From assembly GCA_051294375.1 (NCBI GenBank), contig CM119267.1, positions 23,650,115 to 23,714,114 on the forward strand: DNA of 64,000 nt, read 5' to 3'. Source of the stretch: Paraspadella gotoi. Its lineage: Eukaryota; Animalia; Chaetognatha. Within the stretch, counting starts at the first letter, position 1; the number at the start of each line of letters is the position of its first letter. Of the stretch, positions 24,195-36,092 are shown one piece after another. Below the pieces are notes generated by a model. It made no database searches, was not told the origin of the DNA, and saw nothing but the letters and a program-made list of their open reading frames with translations. The translations under genes and the position numbers were made by a program.

Positions 24195-26207
24195 TTAGTC
24201 GAGCGAAAAATCTTCTTCAATTCTTCCCATTTGTTGAATGAGTCTTTCACGGGCGTCGCAGTCATTGGTGTTCATCGCCCAACCGGTGAAGGAAGACATC
24301 AAGTCGGTCAGGGTCAAATTACCCGCGGCGTTGTTGTTGTTGCTGTTGTTGTTGTTGCTCTCTCCGTTGATGCCAGAAACGGCCAGGTTTCCAAACATCT
24401 CGGTCAACGACGCGTCTCTTGGAAATTGCCGCATCGTTGGTTGCCTGGAGACGCAAGACGCGGCGGCAGAGGCGCCTATTTCTTGAAGACTGATGGAATT
24501 TTCTTCGGCCACCCGTTCCGCCAGGTTATTCAGCCTTTCTTCAAAATCTCGAAACTTTTCCGCGGCCTTGCAACTTGGACACAGTCCCGGAATCTTCGAG
24601 TAGTCGATAGCGGTAAAGGTTGGCAAGGCGACGCCGGCTTCGACCGATCTGACAAAGATGACGACGAGGTCGTCGGCGGAGACTCGGTCTCGATCGGTTC
24701 CAACTCGTTCGAGCCACACCTCTGCCACAAAATGACAGAGTAGACGAAGGGAGGCGTCGATTTCTTGCGAAGAAAAGAAAATGGCGACTTCTTCGACGAG
24801 GACATCTTTCGGCAGAAGTCGGCGATAATTGGCGACGATGTAGAGCAAAGAATCCACGATCTCGTTTCGATCTCTCGTTTCACAACGAAGAGACGGAATG
24901 GTCTTGACGAGAAATAAACGCTCGGATGCTCCGTTGCTTTCGGCTATCCAATCCAAAGACGCAAACGAATCCACGGAACTAAAGTTTAACAACCCGTTCA
25001 AGTTACCCATCAACGCTCGAGCCCAATCTCCTTGAAAAACGGCGTCGTGCAAGTAACTCATCCAAGACTCAAAACCGTTGCTTGGCAACAGATCCGGATT
25101 TGTTCGCAAAAAACGAGTTGCCGTCGCTCTGCCGACGTTTGTTAAGATATCGAGATTGAAGGGCGAATCGGGAGATTGAATCAAATTCTGTACGCCGAAC
25201 AGCGGAGAGGTCTGCATCGACTCGAGGAAACCCGACATGTCAATGTGAAAGTTGCCTCCCTCGGGGGTCAGATTGAAATCGAATTGACCGTTCGCATCGA
25301 TGGCAGAAAGGAGTGGGCAGAAAAAGCGAGGATAGCGCATCACGATTCCGAATTGTTCGAAAACAACTTTGGCTCGATCCGCAATTTCCTTTTTCTTACT
25401 CTCGTCGGCGAAAGGAAATTTATCGAGGATATATTCTTGGCAAAGTTCCAGAGTCAGTGGAAGAATCTTCAAATGAGATTCGACCAAGATTTGAGAGGGA
25501 AACTTTTCGTGTCTCGTGAAAATGACCATGGAAACCTTGGACCTTGGCCTGCGGTCTTCCCGGAAATACTCGAGAATGGAGTCTTGGGTCTCACGTTCCG
25601 CCGAATCAAAATTGTCGAAAAGAACGAGAACGAAATCTTCGTCCAACGCAATTTCGGCGGCCAACTCCGGTGAAAAATCTTCGGAATCGAAAGGCTGGAA
25701 TATTGCGGCGAGTTGAGCGGCGACGTCCGTGCTGTTGACTTCCTCGAGGTCGACGCGGACGACGGCTTTGAAGTCGTGCAAAAGTTTTCCTCTGGCCCAT
25801 TTGCGAGGGATAAATCTCGTGGTTTCCGTTTTCCCGCTTCCCGTCGTTCCGGTCACGACGATCCGCTTCTTGCCATCCAAAATGTCCGATTCCAACGCCT
25901 TCACCAACCTCGCGTCCCGCGCCGTCCGTCCGTCGGCGCGTGCGCAGAGTAGATCGATGTAACACGAGTCAAGATCGAGAGGTTTAGCGCCAACGATTAT
26001 CGGAACCGTCATTTCTCGATACGAGGACAAATGATTTCTTTTGAGGTTTTTACGAAGAAGCATCATGACCGGGCCGTTCAAGTAAGGCGATAGTCGGGGT
26101 CCTTCGTAATATTGGCCGGCGATGACGGAGTTTAGGGCAATGACATTCTCTTCTTCCACTATCATCTCCCCTTCTTCCATTTTTATCACCATTTTACTTT
26201 TCGCCAT
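24195..26207 (-). CDS. Intronless NACHT-type (STAND) NTPase, NLR-like, about 670 aa
   Basis: Walker A GTTGSGKT (about 25850-25827) is followed by KWARGKLLHDFKAVV, as is typical of NLR NACHT domains. Walker B is VLVLFDNFD and sensor-1-like VIFTR follows; the pre-NACHT motif LDLDSCYIDL precedes them. The first ATG (aaaaaATGG) is at 26207; the ORF-track start at 26228 is a TTG. Confidence 0.88.
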   Translation of the reverse strand: MAKSKMVIKMEEGEMIVEEENVIALNSVIAGQYYEGPRLSPYLNGPVMMLLRKNLKRNHLSSYREMTVPIIVGAKPLDLDSCYIDLLCARADGRTARDARLVKALESDILDGKKRIVVTGTTGSGKTETTRFIPRKWARGKLLHDFKAVVRVDLEEVNSTDVAAQLAAIFQPFDSEDFSPELAAEIALDEDFVLVLFDNFDSAERETQDSILEYFREDRRPRSKVSMVIFTRHEKFPSQILVESHLKILPLTLELCQEYILDKFPFADESKKKEIADRAKVVFEQFGIVMRYPRFFCPLLSAIDANGQFDFNLTPEGGNFHIDMSGFLESMQTSPLFGVQNLIQSPDSPFNLDILTNVGRATATRFLRTNPDLLPSNGFESWMSYLHDAVFQGDWARALMGNLNGLLNFSSVDSFASLDWIAESNGASERLFLVKTIPSLRCETRDRNEIVDSLLYIVANYRRLLPKDVLVEEVAIFFSSQEIDASLRLLCHFVAEVWLERVGTDRDRVSADDLVVIFVRSVEAGVALPTFTAIDYSKIPGLCPSCKAAEKFRDFEERLNNLAERVAEENSISLQEIGASAAASCVSRQPTMRQFPRDASLTEMFGNLAVSGINGESNNNNSNNNNAAGNLTLTDLMSSFTGWAMNTNDCDARERLIQQMGRIEEDFSLD

Positions 26208-26301
26208 TTTTTGTTTAGCCCAATACAAGGTAACAATAAAAATTCCGCCACAAAAAATTGTCTTTGAGTAACCATTGAGATTTTAACCTTTCGAGATTTC
26301 G

Positions 26302-27172
26302 TTTATAGTCGGATCTGCTTATCAGCAGATCCCGACTCTATAATTCACTTTGTCGGTCCATCGGTCCGCCCCCTCAATATTGTCGGCCATTGACTTATAT
26401 CATTTCAGAACATCGAATTATGATAAATTAGGCAAAAAACAAAACGATGTCCGTCCGTCTGTCTGTCCGTCTGTACGTCCGTCCGTCCTTCCATCCGTGC
26501 GTCCGTCCCACCTTAGCAAAAAATATGAATTACTTCAGATTGCATGGATGGATTGGAATGAAATTTTGTGTGTGGGTAGGGAAGAGTGTGATTGAGCTGG
26601 ATATGAAGTTTCGATAGAATCGTCCGAGTGGAAATGAGTTTAAATGAAAAAAACAAAAAAATATGTTTTATTCTTTCAACACCAATTAATCATGAGTGGA
26701 TGGGGAGATTGACCTGAAATTTTGTATGTGGGTAAGAAAGTATGTGAATAAGCTGGAAATCAAGTTTCGATGGAATCTTCCAAGTGGAAATGAGTTGAAA
26801 TGGAAAAAACAAAAAACCTGTTTCACTAATTGATTATGCTTCTTTTTCTTTTTATAGTAAATGAAAATGCAAGATGTATTAATTAATCAAATAATTAATC
26901 AGTTAATTATTCAATTAATCAATTGATTAATCAATAATTACTTAATCAGTCAATCAATCAAGTCAGTCATTATTGGCATTATTCTCATCGTCGTCATTGC
27001 TTTTATCGTGGTTAGTGACGAAAAGACCTAAAAACAAACATTTTGGATAAAATTAATTAATTAATTGCCTAATTAAATAATTAATTAACTTGAATTAGTT
27101 ACTTATTAATTAATTAATTAATTACCGATAATGATCGTGGGCAGATCCGACATTGTTTGCTCAAACTTGTTT
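26302..27172 (+). mobile_element. Helentron-associated non-autonomous element (HINE/DINE-1-like)
   Basis: 5' subTIR gtcggatctgc with local partner gcagatcccgac, a (GTCC/GTCT)n tract at 26448-26509, an internal ~155-bp duplication, and 3' subTIR gcagatccgac at 27141 followed by a gtttgctcaaac hairpin and T-run. Confidence 0.75.
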
Positions 27173-27457
27173 ATATTTAAAATTAAAAACTTTTGTAGTT
27201 TTGGGGTTTTTTTTTCCGTTCTTTACCATTTTAACTTTAACACTTAGCCACCGAAGGATCATAAAGGCAAAATTAACTCTTATATCATTTTTCTAAAATA
27301 TATATTTAATTTTTTACGTTCAATGATGGATTTCAAATTGTCACCTGGTAATTAAAAAAAAATAATTTAAGCTTGAAAATGAAGGATATCTTCTTTTTTT
27401 TTCAATAGCAGGAGGAACTTGTATCAATAATAAAAAAACTGAAGGAAAGATTTTTTA

Positions 27458-27786
27458 AAAACAAGTTTGAGCAAACAATGCCGAATCTGCCCACGATCAT
27501 TAGCGGTAAGCAGCTGATCAGATAATCAATTAATTATTTTTTTTTATTCAATTTTCTCTTATTTCTATCGAAAGTTGATTTCCTGCCCAATCACACACTT
27601 TCCTACCCACATACAAAAGTCAAGTCAATCGCTCCTTCCTCTCATGAGTAACGGATGGATATGAATTTTTTTGCATAATTTATCATAATTCAATATTCTG
27701 AGATGATGTAAGTGACTTTTGGGACCGACGGACCGACAAAGTGAATTATAAAGCCGAGATCTGCTGTAAGCAGATCCGCCTAAAAA
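27458..27786 (-). mobile_element. Shorter, internally deleted HINE/DINE-1-like copy, tail-to-tail with the first
   Basis: Both ends match the reverse complement of the 26302-27172 termini (aaacaagtttgagcaaacaatg.cg.atctgcccacgatc and gaccgacaaagtgaattata...gcagatccg). Confidence 0.75.
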
Positions 27787-28568
27787 TTTAATAGTCTTTT
27801 ATCAATTATTCAATTTTTTTCGTAAGATAAGAGAATTTTGCGGGAGCGGCCAAAAAAAGAAGAGTAAATTTTCGGACCGATTCATGATTAGTAATGAACT
27901 GAATGAATGAATGAATGAATAGATCAAATGATCATAAATGTAATCTGAAGAATGCGGTATGAATGAGGGAGAAAAAAATAAATGTCTTAATTTGTTAAAA
28001 GAGTGCAGTTGATGTTTAGTACAACTTTTGCTTGAATTAAAAATTTCAAAATTCGGCTGCAATAATAGAGAATCGGGAATTTTTTAGATAGAAAGACCTT
28101 TGGACTTTTGAACTCAAAGGAGCGGTAAAAAAAATATTGGAGACGGGGCACAAGTAAAAAAGAAAGAAATTAACGGGAACAAATGGGGTAACAAATGGGG
28201 AATTGTTGTGGGCGATGCCGGAGGGCGCCGGACGGGCTTGGGAAGCACGAGACCCTCTCACGCGTAGACCACAATGTCAGTTAGCCACACGGGACGGCAC
28301 GGTCGACCGCAATGAAGCCCACTGTGTAGGATCTGTGAATATGAATACACAAGAGAACGGGGGACGCCAACTAAATTAGACTCACACTCGAAAACATACT
28401 TTCTAATGATGTCACGATGCTCACTTAACTGAAAGGGAACAAGTAATGAATCGATTATGAATACACAATGAATATCATTAACTATGAATGTCACATCGGT
28501 AAGTTCAGAGTCTTTGAAGGATCCCCTTCACAATACGGTCTCCAACAATGATTCCACCCTTTCTGAGG

Positions 28569-28720
28569 TTAAGGGATGAGAGGTAAGGATTAAGTTAGCT
28601 TAAGGGATTAGCGGTAAGGATTAAGTTAGTTTAAGGGATTAGAGGTAAGGATTAAGTTAGCTTAAGGGATTAGAGGTTAGGATTAAGTTAGCTTAAGGGA
28701 TTAGGGTTAATGATTGGGTT
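28569..28720. repeat. 31-bp tandem repeat (about 4.5 copies), TTAGGG-related
   Basis: Unit taagggattagaggtaaggattaagttagct. Confidence 0.85.
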
Positions 28721-28885
28721 ATGGATTTGTTAACTGATTTTCGCTGAAATTGGAAAAGAGAGCCGAAAATAAAACAAAAAAGGAAAAAATAATTAGAGAG
28801 ACTCGTAGAAAATATTTTGATAAACAGAGTCTGACGGACGGATTAAAAGACTGACAAAAACGGATTTAAGATTCTGCCTGAAAAT

Positions 28886-28997
28886 CCAATAACCCATTAC
28901 CTTTCGTTCCAATCAGAAACCGAAGACGTTTGTCGTTCAATCAAAGAACGACTAGCTCTTTGTTCAACCAATCAGAAACTGAGATTCTTCGCGCCTC
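28886..28997. promoter_or_regulatory. Cluster of CCAAT boxes (putative NF-Y promoter)
   Basis: CCAAT at 28886, CCAATCAGAAAC at 28909 and 28968, TCAATCA at 28937 (about 30-bp spacing), then ttcgcgcc. Confidence 0.35.
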
Positions 28998-29046
28998 AGA
29001 ACGTAGAAGACGAAAGTCTTAAGATTCGTCGTTTCATTCGACATCT

Positions 29047-29078
<32 letters not shown>

Positions 29079-29086
29079 TTCCTCTG

Positions 29087-29123
<37 letters not shown>

Positions 29124-29179
29124 TCGTTTGTTTTGTTTTGAACTTTTTCTTTCATTTTTGCTTTATCTCTTTTTTTCGT

Positions 29180-29263
<84 letters not shown>

Positions 29264-29463
29264 TCACTCTCTATTTCTTTCTTTCACTCTCTCTTTCTTT
29301 CCTTCTTTCTATTTATTCCTCCTTTCATTCCTTCCTTCTCTCCATCTTTCGCTTCCTTCTTATTTTCTTTCCATCCTTCATTCATTTTTCTTTTTCTTCT
29401 CTCATTCGATCTTCTTTTTTTTTTCAGACGAAAAAAATTCTTCTAATCAAAGTCGTTGAATTT

Positions 29464-29494
<31 letters not shown>

Positions 29495-29564
29495 CGTCGT
29501 CGTGTCGTCGTCGTCATTCTTTTTTCGTCTGCTCATCGCAAGCATCTAACGACGTTACCTTTTT

Positions 29565-29602
<38 letters not shown>

Positions 29603-29628
29603 CTCTCTCTTCTCTTCTCTCTCTCTTC

Positions 29629-29661
<33 letters not shown>

Positions 29662-29831
29662 TTTCGTGTAATTTTCGAAGTCAATTTTTTTAAATATGCG
29701 TCATTGTTTTATACTATTATGGTAATCATTATAAACTTTTTCTCAGTAATATCAAAATTGAAAGTTTGAAATTTATTTCTTGTCTGGGTAGTGGGTACCC
29801 AACTAACGACTTACGCATTTGAGAGAGAGAG

Positions 29832-29913
<82 letters not shown>

Positions 29914-29973
29914 GAGAGAGAAGCGCTTTTTCTCAGGTCATGCCGCAAATTTGATCCCCCCTCTAAAAAAAAA

Positions 29974-30025
<52 letters not shown>

Positions 30026-30649
30026 GGGAGGGAGGAGGAAGGAGAAAAATGTTTTCATGATTCGCGTCTTTTACGGATTTTTTGAACGATGGAACTTTGG
30101 CTTAAATTGAGGTTGAGCCTCTCATCCATGGAGTTGTTGTTGTTGTTGTTGTCGATGTTGTATTTGTTGTCGTTGTTGTTAAGCTCGAAAATAATGTTCA
30201 CCTCTTCGTCTTTCTTTATATTTCCTCATTTTGATAACTTCTCTTCTTTCTTTTTAATCCACTAATTTTCTCAAAACTCGTAAATATCTTTTTTCAAAAA
30301 CGCGACGAGCCTTTTTACAGAGATATTTTCCGTATATTGTAAGAAATGTACTTCTCGTTAACAATTTTACTGTTATTGTGTTAAAGTTTCACGTATTGAG
30401 CATAAAAAAAATCAAATGAAATAAAAAAAGATATTAGCATTAAATATTGCCCCTATAATCAAAATTACGTTACCATTTACGTAAAAAGTTTTCTTATAGA
30501 CATTGTGTTAAGTTAAGTTTAGTTAAAAAAAAAGAAAAAACCAAGTTTATTTACAAACAACGGGTTCGTTGTCTGTTAACAAACTTTGTTTTCTCTTTAA
30601 AGTTTTATTTTTAATATTTTGTATGAACCATCTTTTACTACAATCCATG

Positions 30650-30834
30650 AATTTTTCTATGCCCCCAAGGCGGCTTACGGCCGTCCTCACGCTTCTCGCA
30701 GTGTAGGTTACCCGATTGGGATTGAACCCGGTACCTAGTAGCCATGAGCTGATGACTTTACTCAATGAGCCACCGGGTAACAAATATAGTGTCATGCTTC
30801 TAGGCGGGGTGAACCTAGGAAATGCCCGACTACA
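30650..30834 (-). mobile_element. tRNA-related repeat family A, best-preserved head
   Basis: The minus strand at 30780-30708 has A-box-like TGGCTCATTGAG, a CTCAT loop, B-box GGTTCAATCCC and terminal pairing ttacccg/cgggtaa. It is preceded by TGTAGTCGGGCAT...TTCACCCCGCCT. Confidence 0.7.
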
Positions 30835-31065
30835 TTTATAATTTTTAGTTTTTCTTCGAGATTTTAATTTAAAAATCGATTAAAAAAAAGAATTTTAGAA
30901 AAAGATCGACATACCGACAGAGACCGACAGAATCCGACCGACAAAGGATCTCACTGAGTGAAGAAAGAAGTGAAAAGTCCGACAATCGATTAGTGAATTC
31001 ACTGAAAAAAAGTCACCATTTCTTTCGCCCATTTAATCTCAATCAGAGTCTTAGATTTTCTCCAG

Positions 31066-31115
<50 letters not shown>

Positions 31116-31430
31116 CTCTCTCTCTCTCTCTCTCTCTCCCTTTTTTGAGACAGACAGAGACAGAGAGACAGGAGACAAACGACTTTTTAAATGCAATGAG
31201 TGATGGAACAAGAGAAGAGGGAAAATTAATGACGAAAAAAACTTTTGAGAAATCGACTGACGAAACATCGAAAAAGAAACAAGACATAAAAGGGATATCA
31301 ACCAATAAAAGGATAGATATCAAGATAGATATCAAGCATTGATATTGACGATAACAACGACGACGACGACGATGATGATTACAAATAAGACAACGATGAC
31401 GACGACGACGACAACAACGACGATAAAGAG

Positions 31431-31472
<42 letters not shown>

Positions 31473-32399
31473 TTTCCTCGCTGAATCGATTTTTCTGCAT
31501 AAACGAAATAATCAACACCAGAAGAAGAAAAAAGAAAAAAAAAGAAAAAAAATCTAATTTCGTTTCAGACTCTTACTGATAACAACAATAACAAACTAGA
31601 TAACCATAATCTCATTTGCATATCGAAGTATTTTATTTTTCCACGCGTTGGCGCATGGAAATGGGTTTCGAGGGCAAAGTGATTCAATTGTAAACTGCGA
31701 CACTTAAACTTCTTTAAACTTTTGTTCACATTAGAAAAACAGCTGTGCTTAATTAATAATAATAAACATATTAACAAATTGTAATTTAAAATAAGCGGGT
31801 GGAAAAGAAAGGCTCTTCTGTTCTGTTCTGTTTTCTGATTATGAATTCCTTTTTTTCATTCCTAAGTTCTTTTCATTCACTATTCGTATATATTTTAATT
31901 AATGCTTTGTATAGTATACGAATTGTGTTCCTATACTACTATATGGTTGTTAAGGAAAATCTTTTTTGACTCATGTTTAACCAATGTAGAAAGAATTTTA
32001 ATTCTAAGATCTACTGTTCGAAAAATTTAGTTTTCAAAAGAATAGTCGCATTCTTTAATGATTGAAATATTTTAATCAATAACTTAAACCTTGTTTTGTC
32101 TATAGTGGTAGTTTTCATGAAATCTTTAACTTTGTTTTGTCTATTGTCTTAGCTTTTTTTTGATGCTCATGTATGTACTGAATCAACCTTGTTGAATTCT
32201 AAATAAAACGCATATATATATATATATATAATTAAAACTTTAATAAGTTACGTTATTTTAAAACAAAAAACAATCTAAATTACAAAAAAACTTACTAGTA
32301 AAATACAAGTTTCCCCGGGCTCCACTCATTCTACAAAAAAAAAATAGTCGAGTTACTTGATCGAAAATTCGCGAAACGGTTTTGAGGCATGGGAATTCT

Positions 32400-32497
<98 letters not shown>

Positions 32498-32695
32498 CAA
32501 AATTTAATAGCCGAATAAGAACAACCGAGAGAGAATAGATTTTCATTTTTTTGGCAAAAGACGAATTAAAATTCTTTCCTCGAATTTGACTCCAGATTTT
32601 ATTTTCATATTTGATTCTTTTTTTTAATTTCATTGAACTTTTAGTGTGTCGCCTTTTTACTATAGTTACAATATTTTCATCATCATCATCATCAA

Positions 32696-32764
<69 letters not shown>

Positions 32765-33598
32765 CCAGTGCGCCACACGTCTCCTTCTCCCCGGATGTCT
32801 TTTGTTTCGACTCGATTTCCTCCTTTCCCCCGGATGTCATTTGTTTCAACACGGTTTCCTCTTTCCCCTCGGACGAGCGACGAATCCATTTCGAGGGTTC
32901 ATCTTCTTTCCTCGACCTAAGACTGGATCTGCTTCGCTAAAAATCCCGATCCACTTTCGTGTCTGGAGATCAGCGTCCACTTCCGGATTCTCCTCCGTCT
33001 CTAAAGACCCCATTGTTGGGTCCGAAGATCCGGGTCTTATTCCCGGTCCGAAGATCCGGCTTCTCTTCGGGTTCTGAAGATCCGGGTCCTCATCCGGGTT
33101 CTCTCTCAGATATCTCAAAATCCATGTCCTCATCTGAGTCTCAAGATTGGGTTCTCTTCCAGTTTTTAAGATCCTCTTCCTCTTCCGGATCTTTAAATCC
33201 GGGTATTCCTCCGATTCTGAGGTACAGGTCCACTTTCGGGTCTGATGATCCGCGTCCACTTCCGGTTTTAGGTCTGGGTCCGGCTTCGGGACTGAATTTA
33301 CTCGGGTCCTTCTCTTCTTTTAAGATTTTATTTTTCTGGGTCTCATTGATCCTAGTCCGCTTCCGGATGTGAAGACACATGTTCTTTTTTCTGTCTTTCT
33401 CTCTGTCTAGTCTGCCTGTCTGTCTGTCTCCTCATTTAGTCGAATCTGAATCACGAGTCAAATTCACGATTATGAATCACGTTCGTGAAACCGGATCCAT
33501 CATTTGTGACACTGTCGCTCCTCCGTCGAAATCTTAGGCATTATAAAGACCAGTTGCAACATCCGTGATAATGCACAAAGGAGATAATGTATTATTTT

Positions 33599-33663
<65 letters not shown>

Positions 33664-35233
33664 TTGATTCATTTCTCTTATTTCTATTTTCCTCTGGGCC
33701 AATCGTTCGAGTTATGACGTCTTCCTCGGAATACATTTCATCGTCTGTTCCGTCGTCGTCGTCGTCTTCGTCATCGTCATCTTTCATGACGTAGTTTCCT
33801 TCTCTGTAACATCTGTCATCTTCAACGTCATCGTCGTTGTCATCGTCGTCGTTTTCATTGATATCTTAATTGTCGTCGTCTTCGTCGTCGTCGTCGTCGT
33901 CTTTGCCGATGTCTTTTTTTTTCGTCTTTTTTCATCGTCCTCTAAGTCGTTGTCATTATTGTCTCAGCTGATGTCATCGTCTTCCTCGTAGTCATCATCC
34001 CGTCCATGTCATTTTCTCCGTCGTTGTCATCTTCTTCCTCGTCGATGTCATCCTTCGTCGTCATTCGAAAAAAAAAATGGAAAAAATTCGTGTGAGATAA
34101 AAATAGAATTTTATTCTGAGCTTTAATATCAACGTCGCTTCTCGCCTTTGAAATCTTTCTTTCTTGTTTAACTTTAGTTGCATTTATGTACAAAATATAT
34201 TTTTATATATTTTTATATGTACTAGATTTAATAAAAAGTTAGTTTAGTTTCGCTCATCTTTCTTACATTCATGAACTTTATGAAATTCGTAAAATCAAAA
34301 GAAAAATATTCATTCATTAAATAAACGAGCCGCCTACTTTGGACCAGCTATGGTGAGTTATATTTATGAAAGTTTGATGATTAATTACAATATACATATT
34401 ATACAACTAACTTTTTTTAAAAATGGATCTTTCAGACATTTTTATTTAACGAATCTAACATGGCCAACATACTTCAATGGCACATTTGGTTCTTTTGGTG
34501 GCGATAAATTGTTATCCTCACCCAATCCCATCGACCTCAACTTGGCAAAACGCCGAACTTACCTTTTCTAACTTTACATTTGCTGAACTCTAACGGAGGA
34601 ACACACCATCGAAAATACCTCTCACCTTTCCTCCCATTTAAAACCATATTGTTTCTCTCTCTCTCTCTCTTTCTTTTCCTCAGCTTCTTTCTCCTCATTT
34701 CCTTTTTTTTCTTTTCCCTTCTTATTTCTTTTTTTCTCCTTTCCTTTTTCTTTTTCATCCTCCTTTTCTTTCTCTCTTTCATTATATTCTTTCTCTTTGT
34801 CCTTTCTTTCCTTATTTTCCTTATTTTCCTTCGCTCCTTACTTCTTACCTTTTTTTTCTCCTTTTTTCTCTTCTTCTTCCCCCTTTTTTTTCTTCCTCTG
34901 TTTTCTTCCTCCTTTTCTTTCTCTTTTTCTTCCTCCTTTTCTTTCTCTTCATCATCCTTTTCTCACTCTAACTTAGGCTTCCTTCTTTTTCTTTCTTTTC
35001 TTCCTAGTCCTTCTCCTCCTCTTCCTTCTCCTCCTCATCTCCATGATGCTCTTTTGTTTCGCTTCATTGTTTCGACGTTTGATGTTGTTGCCGTTGGAGG
35101 CGCTTCGGTCGGCGACGCCGTCCGACGAAACGCCATCTTCGTTGATTAGCGTCGTTAAGAAGCTATGACGCCATCTTGGCCCAAGGAAAGAGAGAGAGAG
35201 AGAGAGAGAGAGAAGAGAGACGAGAGAGAGAGA

Positions 35234-35273
<40 letters not shown>

Positions 35274-35809
35274 AAGAATTTATTAGTAGAAAGTTCAAAG
35301 CTGTAAAATTAAAGAAAAAGAAAGATGGAAAGAAAGAAAGTAAAAAATAAAGAAAGATATATTAGGAAACAAAAGAAACTTAAAAAAAAAGAAAGAAAAA
35401 CAATAAAATGGGAAAAGGGAAAGATAGAAAGACAAAAAGAAAAAACCTATAAAAACAATAAGGAAATAAAAATAATTAAAAAAAGGAAATAAAAGAGAAA
35501 AAGAAAAAAAATACGGAAAGAAAGAAGGAAAGAAAGAAAGAAGAAAATAAGAAAAAAGAAGGAAAAGAAGAAAAGAAAACAAGAAGGAAAAAAAATAAGG
35601 AAAGAAAGAAAGAAAGATATGAGAAAAAAAGAAGGAAGCAAAGAAAAGAAAATAAGAAGAAAAGAAAGAAGGAAAGAAATGGGCGTGGCCTCGTGGGGGC
35701 AACGTCGGTCGACTGAGCGCCTTCGATGTTCCCGCGTCCGTTGCTAAGGTCGTCGTCAGGGTCGTTGCTAACCGCGGCATTGACGTTGCCAACGACGGGG
35801 CGCAAAAAT

Positions 35810-36092
35810 GAGAGCGCCAATGACGCTGCAAAGACGTGAAAATGACGTGCAATTGACGCCCCAAGGACACATCAATAATGTGCCAAGGATGCACAAATGA
35901 TTCGCCAATAACAAAACAATAATGCTTCAAAGACGCGCTAATGTCGCACCAGAGACGCTCCTATGATGCGCTAATGACGCACGAATGACGCTCCAATGTC
36001 GTGCCAATGACTCCTTAATGACGCGCCAATGACGCTCTAACGTCGCGCCAATGACACGCCAATGACGTTCCAGAGACGCTGCAAGGACACGC
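35810..36092. repeat. Degenerate ~11/22-bp minisatellite
   Basis: Recurring (gcg)ccaatgacg units. Confidence 0.6.

Noticed and set aside
24231-25965. Several overlapping short ORFs inside the NACHT gene
   Set aside because: Alternative-frame or antisense shadows of a GC-richer coding exon.
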